From Deltaproteobacteria bacterium (lineage in GTDB: Bacteria > Myxococcota_A > UBA796 > UBA9615): a stretch of 64,000 nucleotides of DNA. The notes under the pieces were generated by a model. It did no database searches, was not told where the DNA came from, and saw nothing but the letters and a program-made list of their open reading frames with translations. Made by a program: the position numbers and the translations under genes. Positions 1-9,676 of the stretch are shown one piece after another (within the stretch, counting starts at the first letter, position 1; the number at the start of each line of letters is the position of its first letter). The stretch is from the NCBI GenBank assembly GCA_002724675.1, contig PBPL01000101.1, positions 8 through 64,007 on the forward strand. The letters run 5' to 3'.

Positions 1-60
1 ACCGGCGACGAAAACACCGGCGACGAAAACACCGGCGACGAAAACACCGGCGACGAAAAC
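1..60 (+). repeat. Perfect tandem repeat of the 15-bp unit accggcgacgaaaac, x4 and probably continuing upstream. It is coding and gives (TGDEN)4.
   Basis: Directly visible at the start of the sequence. It lies in frame with the downstream ORF. Confidence 0.9.
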
Positions 61-870
61 ACCGACACCGACGATGGCGCGGCTGACGGTGACCAGGACC
101 CAACAACCGATCAAGACGACTCTCCAGCGGATCTGGACGATGCTGCCCTGGTGTATGCCGACTTCCCGCTGGAGTCGGAGTGCAACGGTGTCCGCTCGGC
201 AGCCGTCACGATGCAGAACACCGGAACCACTACATGGACCCGAGCCGACGGCTACAAGCTAGGAGCCGTCGATGACAGTGACCCCTTCTATGGTCCCGAC
301 ACGCGAGTGTGGTTGCCCGCCGACGCGGTCGTCCTTCCTGGTGACAACTGGACGTTCTACATCGACATGCAGGCTCCCTCGACTCCAGGCCTGCTGACGA
401 CGGACTGGCAAATGGTGCACGAAGCCGTCCAGTGGTTCGGAGAAGAGGCTGTAGGCGAGGTAGACGTCACCTGCGCGGACACCACCGAACCTTCCGGTTG
501 GACCACCCTCGCATGTGCTCGCAACGGCGCTGAGATCTGTGATGACGAGCTGTTCACAGCCCCTGGCCCGGGAGACCCACAGCTGGGCATCCTCTGTGAG
601 AACGGAGAAGGGGGCATCGGCTTTGTCTCTAGCAACACCGGCCCAGCCCAGTCCGATGGGGTCACTCGCTGCCAAGGCTGGGAGGACCAAGGGCTCGATG
701 CATGGGACTACCTCGACTACGTGGACTCCATCGTGTGCGACCAGGCCGGTGTCGTCCTACCCATCGACCTCAGCGCCTCGCCCGGCGGACACTTCTGGTT
801 CGGCGCCCACGACAACCCCGGTGGCGGGGGTCACATGACCAACATCTGCCTGGTGGAGTGGACTGGGTAG
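1..870 (+). CDS. Secreted repeat protein, 5'-truncated at the window edge. It has acidic (TGDEN)n repeats followed by an Ig-like / Nbr1-FW-like domain (VTMQNTGTTTW ... DWQMVHEAVQWFGEE).
   Basis: Frame 1 is open from nt 1 with no stop until 868-870. The track ORF 151..870 starts at an internal GTG. The N-terminal part is low-complexity and acidic. The domain assignment is from memory of the four-tryptophan FW fold and is tentative. Confidence 0.5.
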   Translation, partial: TGDENTGDENTGDENTGDENTDTDDGAADGDQDPTTDQDDSPADLDDAALVYADFPLESECNGVRSAAVTMQNTGTTTWTRADGYKLGAVDDSDPFYGPDTRVWLPADAVVLPGDNWTFYIDMQAPSTPGLLTTDWQMVHEAVQWFGEEAVGEVDVTCADTTEPSGWTTLACARNGAEICDDELFTAPGPGDPQLGILCENGEGGIGFVSSNTGPAQSDGVTRCQGWEDQGLDAWDYLDYVDSIVCDQAGVVLPIDLSASPGGHFWFGAHDNPGGGGHMTNICLVEWTG

Positions 871-969
871 GCCTGGGTAAGTCTCGCGAGCCACGCGCTA
901 GCGAGCGAGGCGGTCAGTCGGCCCTCCCAAGCCAAGGGGCCGCAGAGTCTCGATCGCGGGGAGGACCCG

Positions 970-3210
970 TCAGGACTCCCAGAGGAAGTCCACTCTCAGC
1001 TTGAGATGAAGTGTCTCTTCGCCCCAGGCGTCGGCAGGGCTGTGGAAGACCAGAGTATTGCCCTGAACAATGTCCTGGCTGCTGTCCGGCGACTGCACGC
1101 GGGTCGTCACGGGCATCCACCACACGCCGACCGGACGGTCCAACTCGAACACCAAGCTCAGGCCTGCTTCCTGGTCTACCCACTCGAACCAGGTCAGGGC
1201 TCCTAAGTCGGCCGGCCCCGAGACAAGAGCGACGTCGTCCTCATTTCCGTCGCCCTCCCGACGAAGCACGACGGCAGCGGGATTGCCCGAAGGCAACCCA
1301 AAGGTCCACTCGAGGGCATGCCAAGCTTGCGCCGAGTCACGCGAGCGGTTCTGGATCTCGTGCAGTACATCGAGCCGAGGACGGCCCACTTCGAATCGAA
1401 ACGTCTTCTCCACCCGAAGCAGGAGACTGTGTTCCGTGTCCTGAACCACGCCGCTGCGCCCCACCGTCACAGCGCCCGCAGCCGAGAGCTCGTCCGATGT
1501 CTCTGGCGAAGACACCTTCATGACCTCAAAGGGCTGGGATGCGAAGTCGCCGAGTTCTCGAAACTGCCGTCGGGCGAAGCTCTCAAGGGTGGTCTCTGGC
1601 CCCAGGAAGTGGTCCTGAAAAGCTCCGCGCGGCAGCACGGCAGACCAATCGGCATGGTCTGGGGCATCCGCGCCATCGTCTCGGCCCCCCTCCTGGGCGA
1701 CGTCGTCAAAGACAAGGCACACCTCCGTGCCCTCTAGCCGCCGTTCCCCAGGCTCTTCACCACCCGAGAAGCTGGTCTGAAGAGCGATCTGGGCCTGGCG
1801 GAGGTCCAACTCGGACAGCGTACCGCCATCGACTGGATGGACGAGCGCCTGGAAATGAGGCGAGCGCACGCTGACCTCGTCGTGCCCATCGGCGTCGTTG
1901 TCCGCTGTCCCCGCCACCCAACCCCTGTTGGCTGGATCGTTCGCGGCCGCGTCCACGAGGCGCTCAGCTCTCAGCAGGTCGCCAAAGGTGCGTCTGCGGA
2001 GATCCGGGTCATAGATCCCCAAGTGGGATGAGCCCCCATGCCAGTACACACCGTTGTTCTGGGCACGCCAAAGGGCGTCGCAGGCACCGCGAACCACCTG
2101 GGCCAAGTCCATGGGATCCGAGCTTCCACCTCCCGCTTGACTTCGACGCTTCGCCGCGGCGCGCAATCGGTCGACCTTGTACGACACTCGAAGCATGCGC
2201 TTGTGAAGGCGGTTCGCCTCTGGATACTTCACTAGGAAGTTGGACCAAAGGACGCCCCCTAGCAGCCGCTGAACGTCCTCAGTGGTGCCATCCTGTTGCA
2301 TGTGGCGGATCAACCCCTGGCGACGAGCCACAGCCGACGCGGGAAGACTCCAGTTTCGCAGATCCGGGCGAGCGCCCAAGGGCAGATAGAGCCGACCGCT
2401 GCCCGGAGCCTGCGACCAAGCCTGGTCCAGCAGCTGGGTCTTGACCCACGGAAGCTCGTGCTCCAGGAGGTGAAACAGACTCTGGAGTCCGCCGTTTCCT
2501 AGTAGTGCTGAGCCATCCGCAACCAGCACCTCGAGATGTCCAGCCTCGCCGGCAGCCGTGGAGCGCACGCGCTTCCGACCCAGCCGTGACACCAGTTCCT
2601 TGATCTCCCCCGGCGGCTGAGAGGAAACAGCCTGAGACAACTCGCTTCCCATGGGGAACACCGAGATTGGGTGGCCAGCGCGCTCGGTTGTGTAGTGCCC
2701 GCCAAGCTCACCGGGGTGCAGGCCAGCTAAGACAAACTGGGCGTCGTCCAGCAGCGTGTAGCGAAGACCCGCACGTGCTAGGACCACCGGCAACCTAGGG
2801 TCCCAAGCGCGAAGGGGAAGCCAGACACCCTGAGGAGCCTTGCCGAGAGCCTGCTTGATGAGCTGGCGGGATGCCTGCAGCTGAGAGAGGGCGTCTCGCT
2901 CGGGGATTGAACCCAAGACTGGGTCGTACAGGCCACCGCCAAGCACCTCCACCCGGCCATCTCCCACGAGGCCCCGAAGGCTCGTCAGGAAAGCGGGTCG
3001 ATGGGCCTGTGCGTGCTGAAGTATCAACGCCGAGAAGTAGAGATTGAGTCGTAACCGGGGAGAATCACCCAACAGAGCAAGCAGGGGCTCGTAGACCTCT
3101 TCGAACGCCTGATTCAGGGTGTCGGTAGAGCAGTCCACCTCCTGTTGAAAATGAAGAACGATGGAGAGGCGGAGCGAAACACGCGGCGGCGACGACGACG
3201 GAGACGTCAC
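970..3210 (-). CDS. Alpha-amylase / 4-alpha-glucanotransferase-like glycoside hydrolase (GH57-like, with a DUF1925/1926-type architecture)
   Basis: 746-aa ORF. The N-terminus reads IVLHFQQE, which resembles the GH57 region I (lHnHQP). The overall size and composition fit the bacterial GH57 amylopullulanase/glucanotransferase family. Assigned from memory, with no alignment done. Confidence 0.5.
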   Translation of the reverse strand: MTSPSSSPPRVSLRLSIVLHFQQEVDCSTDTLNQAFEEVYEPLLALLGDSPRLRLNLYFSALILQHAQAHRPAFLTSLRGLVGDGRVEVLGGGLYDPVLGSIPERDALSQLQASRQLIKQALGKAPQGVWLPLRAWDPRLPVVLARAGLRYTLLDDAQFVLAGLHPGELGGHYTTERAGHPISVFPMGSELSQAVSSQPPGEIKELVSRLGRKRVRSTAAGEAGHLEVLVADGSALLGNGGLQSLFHLLEHELPWVKTQLLDQAWSQAPGSGRLYLPLGARPDLRNWSLPASAVARRQGLIRHMQQDGTTEDVQRLLGGVLWSNFLVKYPEANRLHKRMLRVSYKVDRLRAAAKRRSQAGGGSSDPMDLAQVVRGACDALWRAQNNGVYWHGGSSHLGIYDPDLRRRTFGDLLRAERLVDAAANDPANRGWVAGTADNDADGHDEVSVRSPHFQALVHPVDGGTLSELDLRQAQIALQTSFSGGEEPGERRLEGTEVCLVFDDVAQEGGRDDGADAPDHADWSAVLPRGAFQDHFLGPETTLESFARRQFRELGDFASQPFEVMKVSSPETSDELSAAGAVTVGRSGVVQDTEHSLLLRVEKTFRFEVGRPRLDVLHEIQNRSRDSAQAWHALEWTFGLPSGNPAAVVLRREGDGNEDDVALVSGPADLGALTWFEWVDQEAGLSLVFELDRPVGVWWMPVTTRVQSPDSSQDIVQGNTLVFHSPADAWGEETLHLKLRVDFLWES

Positions 3211-3235
3211 GGGCTAGGACCCCACAGACCTCAGA

Positions 3236-4735
3236 TCAACCAGCCAGCGCCAGGACGGCGGAGCTCAACCAGCCCAAATAGGACTCACTGAACACGCCCA
3301 GAGCACAGATCGCCAGAGACGTAAGCCCCATACAAAGAGCCACGCGGCGGTTGACCGGGATCACAGCGACCTCACAGCCCACTGTCGGCCGCATGAACAA
3401 CGCGATGACTGGGCGTAGGTAGTACGCGAACGAGACCGCGCTCGTCAGCAAGGCGAGGATTGTGAGGCCCACGTAGCCCTGAGCGACCGCAGCCTTGAAG
3501 ATGACAAACTTGCCAAAGAAGCCGACGAGGGGAGGAATGCCCGTGAGAGACAGCATGGCCAAGACCATCACCCCGCCCACCAGCGGGTGCCGAGCGCCCA
3601 GACCCTGCAGATCACTGAAGCGCTCAGCCTCGTGCCCCTGCCGGGACAGATATACGAGCACAGCAAAGGCTGCGACGTTGCCCACGGTATAGGCGAGAGC
3701 GTAGTAAAGCACCCCCGCCTGGGCCTCCGCAGATCCAGCCAGCACGCCCACGAGAATGTAGCCACCGTGGGCGATGGAGGAATACGCCAGCATTCGCTTC
3801 ACGTTGTCCTGCACCAGCGCCATGAAGTTGCCCACGACCATGGTGAAGGCCGCGACAACCCAGAGCATGCCGTCCAAGCCCAATACCGCCAGCAGAGGTC
3901 CCCCAAAGACACGCAGCAGCACAGCAGCCGCGGTCGCCTTCACCGCCACCGACATGAAAGCCACAAACGGGAGCGGGGCGCCCTCATACACATCGGGAGT
4001 CCACATGTGGAACGGTGCAGCAGAGATCTTGAAGAGCAGCCCTATGAGAACGAGCAGTCCACCTGCTCGCGCATACAGGGGCAGTGCCTCTGCGTTGGCC
4101 ATCAAGGTGGTTTGGAGGGGCTCCAGTTGGGTCGTGGCCACGCCTCCAACCAAGCCCTGGTAGCCGTAAAGAAGGGCGAAACCAAACAACATGATCGCTG
4201 TCGCGAAGGCGCCCAGCACGAGGTACTTGACGCCCGCCTCCACGGAGCGGTCCTCCCAGCGCAGCAAGGCAGCCAAGCAATAGACGGGGATGGACATCAC
4301 CTCGAGGCCGAGGAACAGCGTGACCATGTCTCCCGCGGAGACCATGTACATCATTCCTGAAGTAGCAAACAGGACCAGCGCATGAGCCGCACCCGAGGAC
4401 AGTCGTCGTCGACGCAACCAGCTATCCGAGAGCAACAGACTGAGAGCCGCGCCCACGAGCACAACCAGCTTAAAGAACAGCGAAAACCGATCCGCCACGA
4501 ACAGGCCGTTGAACGAACTCCGCGGTCCTTCAATGTTCCACAGGACGGCCGGGATCCAGGCCGCGGCAACCACACATCCAACCACCGAGAGCGCGAGGGT
4601 CGTGTCCCGAGGGTCCTCCTCTCCGGGTCTTGGGCCACCCCCATGAAGCACTGCATCCAGCAGCAGGACCAGCACCGCACTACCGAGCACCACAAGCTCG
4701 GGAATCATCAGTGAGAAATGGAGATCGGTCGGCAT
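3236..4735 (-). CDS. nuoN: NADH-quinone oxidoreductase subunit N
   Basis: Polytopic antiporter-like subunit with the conserved motifs of the NuoN/ND2 family. It is the last gene of the nuo operon. I chose the start at M34 (MPTDLHFSLMIPELVV), 5 nt after the nuoM stop. The track ORF extends to 4834. Confidence 0.85.
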   Translation of the reverse strand: MPTDLHFSLMIPELVVLGSAVLVLLLDAVLHGGGPRPGEEDPRDTTLALSVVGCVVAAAWIPAVLWNIEGPRSSFNGLFVADRFSLFFKLVVLVGAALSLLLSDSWLRRRRLSSGAAHALVLFATSGMMYMVSAGDMVTLFLGLEVMSIPVYCLAALLRWEDRSVEAGVKYLVLGAFATAIMLFGFALLYGYQGLVGGVATTQLEPLQTTLMANAEALPLYARAGGLLVLIGLLFKISAAPFHMWTPDVYEGAPLPFVAFMSVAVKATAAAVLLRVFGGPLLAVLGLDGMLWVVAAFTMVVGNFMALVQDNVKRMLAYSSIAHGGYILVGVLAGSAEAQAGVLYYALAYTVGNVAAFAVLVYLSRQGHEAERFSDLQGLGARHPLVGGVMVLAMLSLTGIPPLVGFFGKFVIFKAAVAQGYVGLTILALLTSAVSFAYYLRPVIALFMRPTVGCEVAVIPVNRRVALCMGLTSLAICALGVFSESYLGWLSSAVLALAG

Positions 4736-4739
4736 GGCC

Positions 4740-6422
4740 TCAGTCCCCTCCCCCCTCAGAGCCCTCGGACTGGGCATCTCCCGAGGCAGCGAGGCGGCTG
4801 TGGAGCTCCCCTGATGGGTTGGCTGGAGACCCAAAGCCTTGTGGCAGGCTTGCTGCCTTCTTCTCTCCAGCCCTGATCTGCTCGATCCAGGCCTCTACAG
4901 TCGGCTCCATCTTGTCGATGAAAGGCTTCGGATACAGACCCATCCAGAAGATCATGAGCAACAGCGGCGCAAACACGAGGCCCTCGCGGGCGCTGAGGTC
5001 CTTGAGACCAAGCCATCGGCTCTGGAGTATGGGCCCGAAGAACACCCGCTCGATCATCCAGAGCAAGTACACCGCCCCGAGCACCACACCGGTCGCGGCA
5101 ACCACTACGTAGCCGTAGGAGGACCAGAATGAGCCTGTCTGGGCAAAGGCCTCGTGACCCCACTGGAAGGCACCCAGCAGAGTCAGGAACTCGCCGACAA
5201 ACCCATTGGTGCCCGGTAGCCCCGCGGAGCTGAGCGCTACGACGATGAACACTGTCGTGTAGATGGGCATGACCTTTGCCAGGCCACCAAAGTCCCAGAT
5301 GCGGCGGGTGTGGGTGCGGTCGTAGAGAACGCCAACCAACAAGAAGAGAGCCCCTGTGCTGATACCGTGATTCAGCATCTGCAAGATGCCACCTTCCACG
5401 CCTTGGGGATTCAGCACGAAGATACCCAACATGATGTAGCCCATGTGGGAGACGGAGCTGTACGCAACCAGCTTCTTCATGTCGGGCTGAATCATGGCGA
5501 CCAGCGCCCCGTAGACGATGCCCACGACCGCCAAGACCAGAATCACCCAGGCCCACTCGGCAACAGCTGCGGGGAACAGAGGCATCCCCAGCCGCAAGAA
5601 GCCGTATGTCCCCATCTTGAGCAGCACGCCCGCAAGCACGACCGATCCAGCCGTCGGCGCCTGCACGTGGGCATCGGGCAACCAGGTGTGCAGTGGGAAC
5701 ATGGGCACCTTGACGGCGAAGGCCAACGCGAAGGCCAGGAACAGCCAAGCCTGAACGTCTGCGCCCATCTGAACTCGATAGAGATCCGTGAACTCCAGAG
5801 ACCAGGGGGACAGCGCCGCTGCTGGCCCCAGCAGACCGGCCACTGCCTGCTCATGGTGCAACCAGTACAGGTAGAAGATGGCGACCAGCATGAGCATCGA
5901 GCCGAACACGGTGTACAGCACGAACTTCAACGTGGCGTAGAGTCGCTCCTTTCCACCCCAGATCCCGATGAGGAAGAACATGGGGATCAGCATCAGCTCC
6001 CAGAAGACATAAAAGACTGCGAGGTTCTGAGCCACGAAGGCACCGAGCATGGCGGTCTGCAGTGCCAGGAGGTGGAAGAAGAACTCGGTGTGCCTTCGAG
6101 ACACAGAGTCCCAGGCGCCCAGGATGACGATGGGCCCCAGGAACGTCGTCAGCATCACCAACCACACGGAGATGCCATCGATGCCCAGGTGCCAGGTCAG
6201 GCCCCAGGTGGGGATCCAAGCGTAGTTCTCCGCGAACTGCATTCCCGCGGCCACGCCGTCGTAGCCCAAGAGAGGCAACGACACGACAAAGCCGAGAACG
6301 GCCGTTGCGAGAGCCACCCACCGAACCGCGCCCTCCGCACCCTTTGGGACAGCGAACAGCAACAGACCACCCACGAGGGGCAAGAACGTGACAATGGTCA
6401 GCAGGGGCAGGCTATCCATCAC
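4740..6422 (-). CDS. nuoM: NADH-quinone oxidoreductase subunit M
   Basis: 560 aa of the NuoM/ND4 antiporter-like family (…WLPDAHVQAPT…). There is an ATGA overlap with the nuoL stop. It carries a ~50-aa hydrophilic C-terminal tail. Confidence 0.9.
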   Translation of the reverse strand: MMDSLPLLTIVTFLPLVGGLLLFAVPKGAEGAVRWVALATAVLGFVVSLPLLGYDGVAAGMQFAENYAWIPTWGLTWHLGIDGISVWLVMLTTFLGPIVILGAWDSVSRRHTEFFFHLLALQTAMLGAFVAQNLAVFYVFWELMLIPMFFLIGIWGGKERLYATLKFVLYTVFGSMLMLVAIFYLYWLHHEQAVAGLLGPAAALSPWSLEFTDLYRVQMGADVQAWLFLAFALAFAVKVPMFPLHTWLPDAHVQAPTAGSVVLAGVLLKMGTYGFLRLGMPLFPAAVAEWAWVILVLAVVGIVYGALVAMIQPDMKKLVAYSSVSHMGYIMLGIFVLNPQGVEGGILQMLNHGISTGALFLLVGVLYDRTHTRRIWDFGGLAKVMPIYTTVFIVVALSSAGLPGTNGFVGEFLTLLGAFQWGHEAFAQTGSFWSSYGYVVVAATGVVLGAVYLLWMIERVFFGPILQSRWLGLKDLSAREGLVFAPLLLMIFWMGLYPKPFIDKMEPTVEAWIEQIRAGEKKAASLPQGFGSPANPSGELHSRLAASGDAQSEGSEGGGD

Positions 6423-8590
6423 GTCCCCACTCCAAACCCGACAATCACCAAGAGCAACACCACCATGCCGGCCACCATGATTGTGGCGTAGTTGCCCACG
6501 TCACCATCCTGCGCGCGCCCCATCTTGTCGGCGGCCTGCTTACAGAAAGACGCCACACCGTTGACCAAGCCATCGATGATGACCTCATCGACGATGCGCC
6601 AGAGCACCTCTCGCGACACGAAAACCAGCGGCTTCAGGAGCACAGACTCGTACAGCTCGTCGACGTACCACTTGTTCCACAGCAGGTCGTGAAGCCAAGG
6701 CGACTTCTCGGCAAAGATGTCGCGCAGGGCATCCTTACCGCCGCCCCAGAGCAGCCACGTCAGGAAGATCGACAGCCCTGCCACTCCAAGACTCAGGGCC
6801 ATCAGCCCGTACTCCATGGCGTGGTTGTGAGCCATCGTGGGGTCGAGCGCCACGGTGCTGTACTGGAATACCGGGTGAAGCCAGTCATGGAGGAGATTGG
6901 GAAACCCAAAGTGCCCGCCCAACACGGCAGGCACACCCAGGAAGCCACCCACCAAGCTGAGCACGCCCAGCACCATCAGAGGCACTGTCATCGTCCACGG
7001 GCTCTCCTGCGGGTCGCCATGGGCGTGGTGGTGGTGGTCGTCGTCGGCCGACTCAGCCCCGTGGTCGTGACCGTGTCCTTCGGGCACCCCTCGATGCTCA
7101 CCCCAGAATGTCATCCACAAGATGCGGAACATGTAGAAGGCGGTGCAGAAGGCCGCCAGCAAAACCACCGCGTAGATGAGCGTGCCTCCGCGCTGCGAGG
7201 CAATGGCGTTCCAGAGGATCTCGTCCTTCGAGAAGAATCCGGCAAACGGAAAGATCCCGGCAATGGCCAGCGTGGCGAACAAGAACGTCCAGTGGGTGGT
7301 GGGCATGAAGCGCTTCAGCCCGCCATAGAAGCGCATGTCTTGCTCGTGATGCATCGCGAGGATCACCGATCCAGAGCCGAGGAACAGACAGGCCTTGAAG
7401 AAGGCGTGGGTCATCAGGTGGAACACGCCGACAGCCCAGGCGCCGGCGCCCATAGCAACGAACATGAAGCCCAGCTGGCTCACCGTGGAGTAAGCCAGCA
7501 CCTTCTTGATGTCGTTTTGAACCAGCCCAATGGTCGCCGCCAGGAGCGCGGTGGAAGCCCCCACGACGATCACGACGTAACAGGCGAACTCAGCGTGGAA
7601 GAAGACGCCGTTGAGTCGAGCCACCATGTACACGCCTGCGGTCACCATGGTGGCCGCGTGAATCAAAGCCGAGACCGGGGTCGGCCCAGCCATGGCGTCG
7701 GGCAGCCAGATGTAGAGCGGGATCTGGGCGGACTTGCCGCAAGCGCCCACAAAGAGCAGCAGAGCTGCAGCTTCTAGAGTCCACAGCGGGACCGTAGCTG
7801 GGAGACTCCCCTGAGGCACTGCGAGGGCTTGGTTGATGGCCTGGGGCTCGAGCGTCCCGAATACAGCAAACAGCATCATCATGCCCAGGGCGAAGCCGAA
7901 GTCGCCCACCCGGTTGGTCACGAAAGCCTTCTTGCCTGCCCTGGCGTTGGCGCGATCCTCGAACCAGAACCCAATGAGCAAGTACGAGCACAAGCCGACC
8001 CCCTCCCAGCCCAGGAACAGGACCAAGAGGTTGTCGCCCAGAACGAGGCAGAGCATCGAGAACAAGAAGAGGTTCAGGTAAGCGAAAAATCGTGCATAGC
8101 CCGGGTCCCCCTTCATGTAGCCGATGGAGTAGAGGTGGATCAGGAAGCCCACATTGGTCACGACGAGCAGCATCACGGCCGCCAGCGGGTCCAGCCACAG
8201 CGCAAAGTCCGCCTGGAAGGATCCCACGTGGATCCAGGGGAAGAGGTTCTGGTGCAGACCGAAGTTCCCACCAGCCGCGTGCCCGGGCCCGCTCAGCTGA
8301 ACCAGGTCCAAGACCAGCTTCCAGGACAAGAGGGCCGACAAAGCCACCGTGCCGCAGCCGACCAAGTTGACCCCCTGGGTGCCGAGGCGCTTGCCCAGGA
8401 ACCCATTCAGCGCAGCCCCCAGGAGTGGCAACAAGATCACCACCGCCAAGAGCGAGGTCGCCTCCACCGTCGGGGCTACTGCGACAATCGGGCCTTCGGC
8501 CGCGCCGTGCCCACCGCCCGCTCCATGCGCGACAGCTTGGCCGGCACTGGCGGCGATAGCCTGAGCGGTCTGGGCGAGGAGAGGTTGCAC
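6419..8590 (-). CDS. nuoL: NADH-quinone oxidoreductase subunit L
   Basis: 723 aa of the NuoL/ND5 family (…WLPDAMAGPTPVSALIHAATMVTAGV…). The start lies 7 nt after the nuoK stop. The first ~40 aa are Ala/Gly-rich, so the true start could be internal. Confidence 0.88.
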   Translation of the reverse strand: MQPLLAQTAQAIAASAGQAVAHGAGGGHGAAEGPIVAVAPTVEATSLLAVVILLPLLGAALNGFLGKRLGTQGVNLVGCGTVALSALLSWKLVLDLVQLSGPGHAAGGNFGLHQNLFPWIHVGSFQADFALWLDPLAAVMLLVVTNVGFLIHLYSIGYMKGDPGYARFFAYLNLFLFSMLCLVLGDNLLVLFLGWEGVGLCSYLLIGFWFEDRANARAGKKAFVTNRVGDFGFALGMMMLFAVFGTLEPQAINQALAVPQGSLPATVPLWTLEAAALLLFVGACGKSAQIPLYIWLPDAMAGPTPVSALIHAATMVTAGVYMVARLNGVFFHAEFACYVVIVVGASTALLAATIGLVQNDIKKVLAYSTVSQLGFMFVAMGAGAWAVGVFHLMTHAFFKACLFLGSGSVILAMHHEQDMRFYGGLKRFMPTTHWTFLFATLAIAGIFPFAGFFSKDEILWNAIASQRGGTLIYAVVLLAAFCTAFYMFRILWMTFWGEHRGVPEGHGHDHGAESADDDHHHHAHGDPQESPWTMTVPLMVLGVLSLVGGFLGVPAVLGGHFGFPNLLHDWLHPVFQYSTVALDPTMAHNHAMEYGLMALSLGVAGLSIFLTWLLWGGGKDALRDIFAEKSPWLHDLLWNKWYVDELYESVLLKPLVFVSREVLWRIVDEVIIDGLVNGVASFCKQAADKMGRAQDGDVGNYATIMVAGMVVLLLVIVGFGVGT

Positions 8591-8596
8591 GATCCG

Positions 8597-8896
8597 CTAA
8601 CCCCGCATCGAGTGAAAGACGTCGACAGAGAGGCTTCGTTTCTGCCGGTACATGTTCACCAGGATCGCCATACCAATGGCGACCTCGACCGCCGCCACGA
8701 CAAAGATCATGAGCACCATCACCTGCCCGTCGTGATCCACCATCTGGCGTGAGAATGAGACAAAGGCCAGGTTCACCGCGTTGAGCATCAGCTCGATGCT
8801 CATGAGCACGACGATCAGGTTGCGACGCACCATGACACCCGCCGCTCCCACGACGAAGAGTACGAAAGCAACGATGAGCAGATGATCGAGAGGCAT
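8597..8896 (-). CDS. nuoK: NADH-quinone oxidoreductase subunit K
   Basis: 99 aa with three TM helices. The sequence MPLDHLLIVAFVLF…SIELMLNAVNLAFV is a typical NuoK/ND4L. Confidence 0.9.
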   Translation of the reverse strand: MPLDHLLIVAFVLFVVGAAGVMVRRNLIVVLMSIELMLNAVNLAFVSFSRQMVDHDGQVMVLMIFVVAAVEVAIGMAILVNMYRQKRSLSVDVFHSMRG

Positions 8897-9615
8897 CAGA
8901 CTGCTCCCTCAGTGTCCTGGGCCTCAGACGACCCGGAAGCATCGGCGATCGAGCCCGGCTGAATGGCCGGCGGTGGAACCGAGGGCTCCAGTTCTCCGGG
9001 CTTTCGGCCCGTCAGCAAGATGGCTCCCACGATGCCGGCCAACAAGAGCACCGACGCAATCTCGAACGGCAGCACAAAAGGACCCAACAGATTGGCTCCG
9101 ACCGCTTCGACCGTGCCGAAGCAGATCGCAACACCGGCGCAATCGGTGTCTGCACAGTCCGTCATGTTGTCGCCGTCCTGATCGACACCGTCGCCACAGT
9201 CGGTCTCACAAGCGACACCAGGGGGGCAGACCACGGGTCCTTGTGCGAGAGGGGGTGCGGCAGCGTCACCAGCCACGGAGATCATCCCCTGCCCCAGGAG
9301 AAGCAGTAACAGAGCCAGCAGGGGAAGGCCCATCAGCCCGGCCTTGCGGTACACCGTCTGTGCATCGGCGCTGCCCAAGTCGAGCAACATGATGATGTAA
9401 ACCACCAGAATCATGATGGCGCCCGCATAGATAATGACCTGCAAGGCGGCGATCAGGTGGGCGTCGAGGAGCGCGTAGATCCCCGCCAAGGACAGCATGG
9501 AGAACAGCAAACTGATGGCCCCGTGAATGGGGTGCTTGCAGAGCACGAGGCCCAGTCCACCAGCGACGGCCATGCCGCTGAAGACGTAGAGCAGTGCAAC
9601 GCTGAAGTCCATCAT
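8896..9615 (-). CDS. nuoJ: NADH-quinone oxidoreductase subunit J, carrying a Cys/Asp-rich insertion
   Basis: The start is chosen at M37 (MMDFSVALLYVFSG…), with an AGGAAA RBS-like motif 6 nt upstream. The NuoJ TM helices are conserved. There is a ~60-aa insertion, CPPGVACETDCGDGVDQDGDNMTDCADTDCAGVAIC, between the TM helices. Confidence 0.85.
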   Translation of the reverse strand: MMDFSVALLYVFSGMAVAGGLGLVLCKHPIHGAISLLFSMLSLAGIYALLDAHLIAALQVIIYAGAIMILVVYIIMLLDLGSADAQTVYRKAGLMGLPLLALLLLLLGQGMISVAGDAAAPPLAQGPVVCPPGVACETDCGDGVDQDGDNMTDCADTDCAGVAICFGTVEAVGANLLGPFVLPFEIASVLLLAGIVGAILLTGRKPGELEPSVPPPAIQPGSIADASGSSEAQDTEGAV

Positions 9616-9676
9616 CAGTTTCCTACTTGGGGGCTGTGCAAGCGCCCTGGTGCGCAATGAGGCTGGCCCCTGTGGG

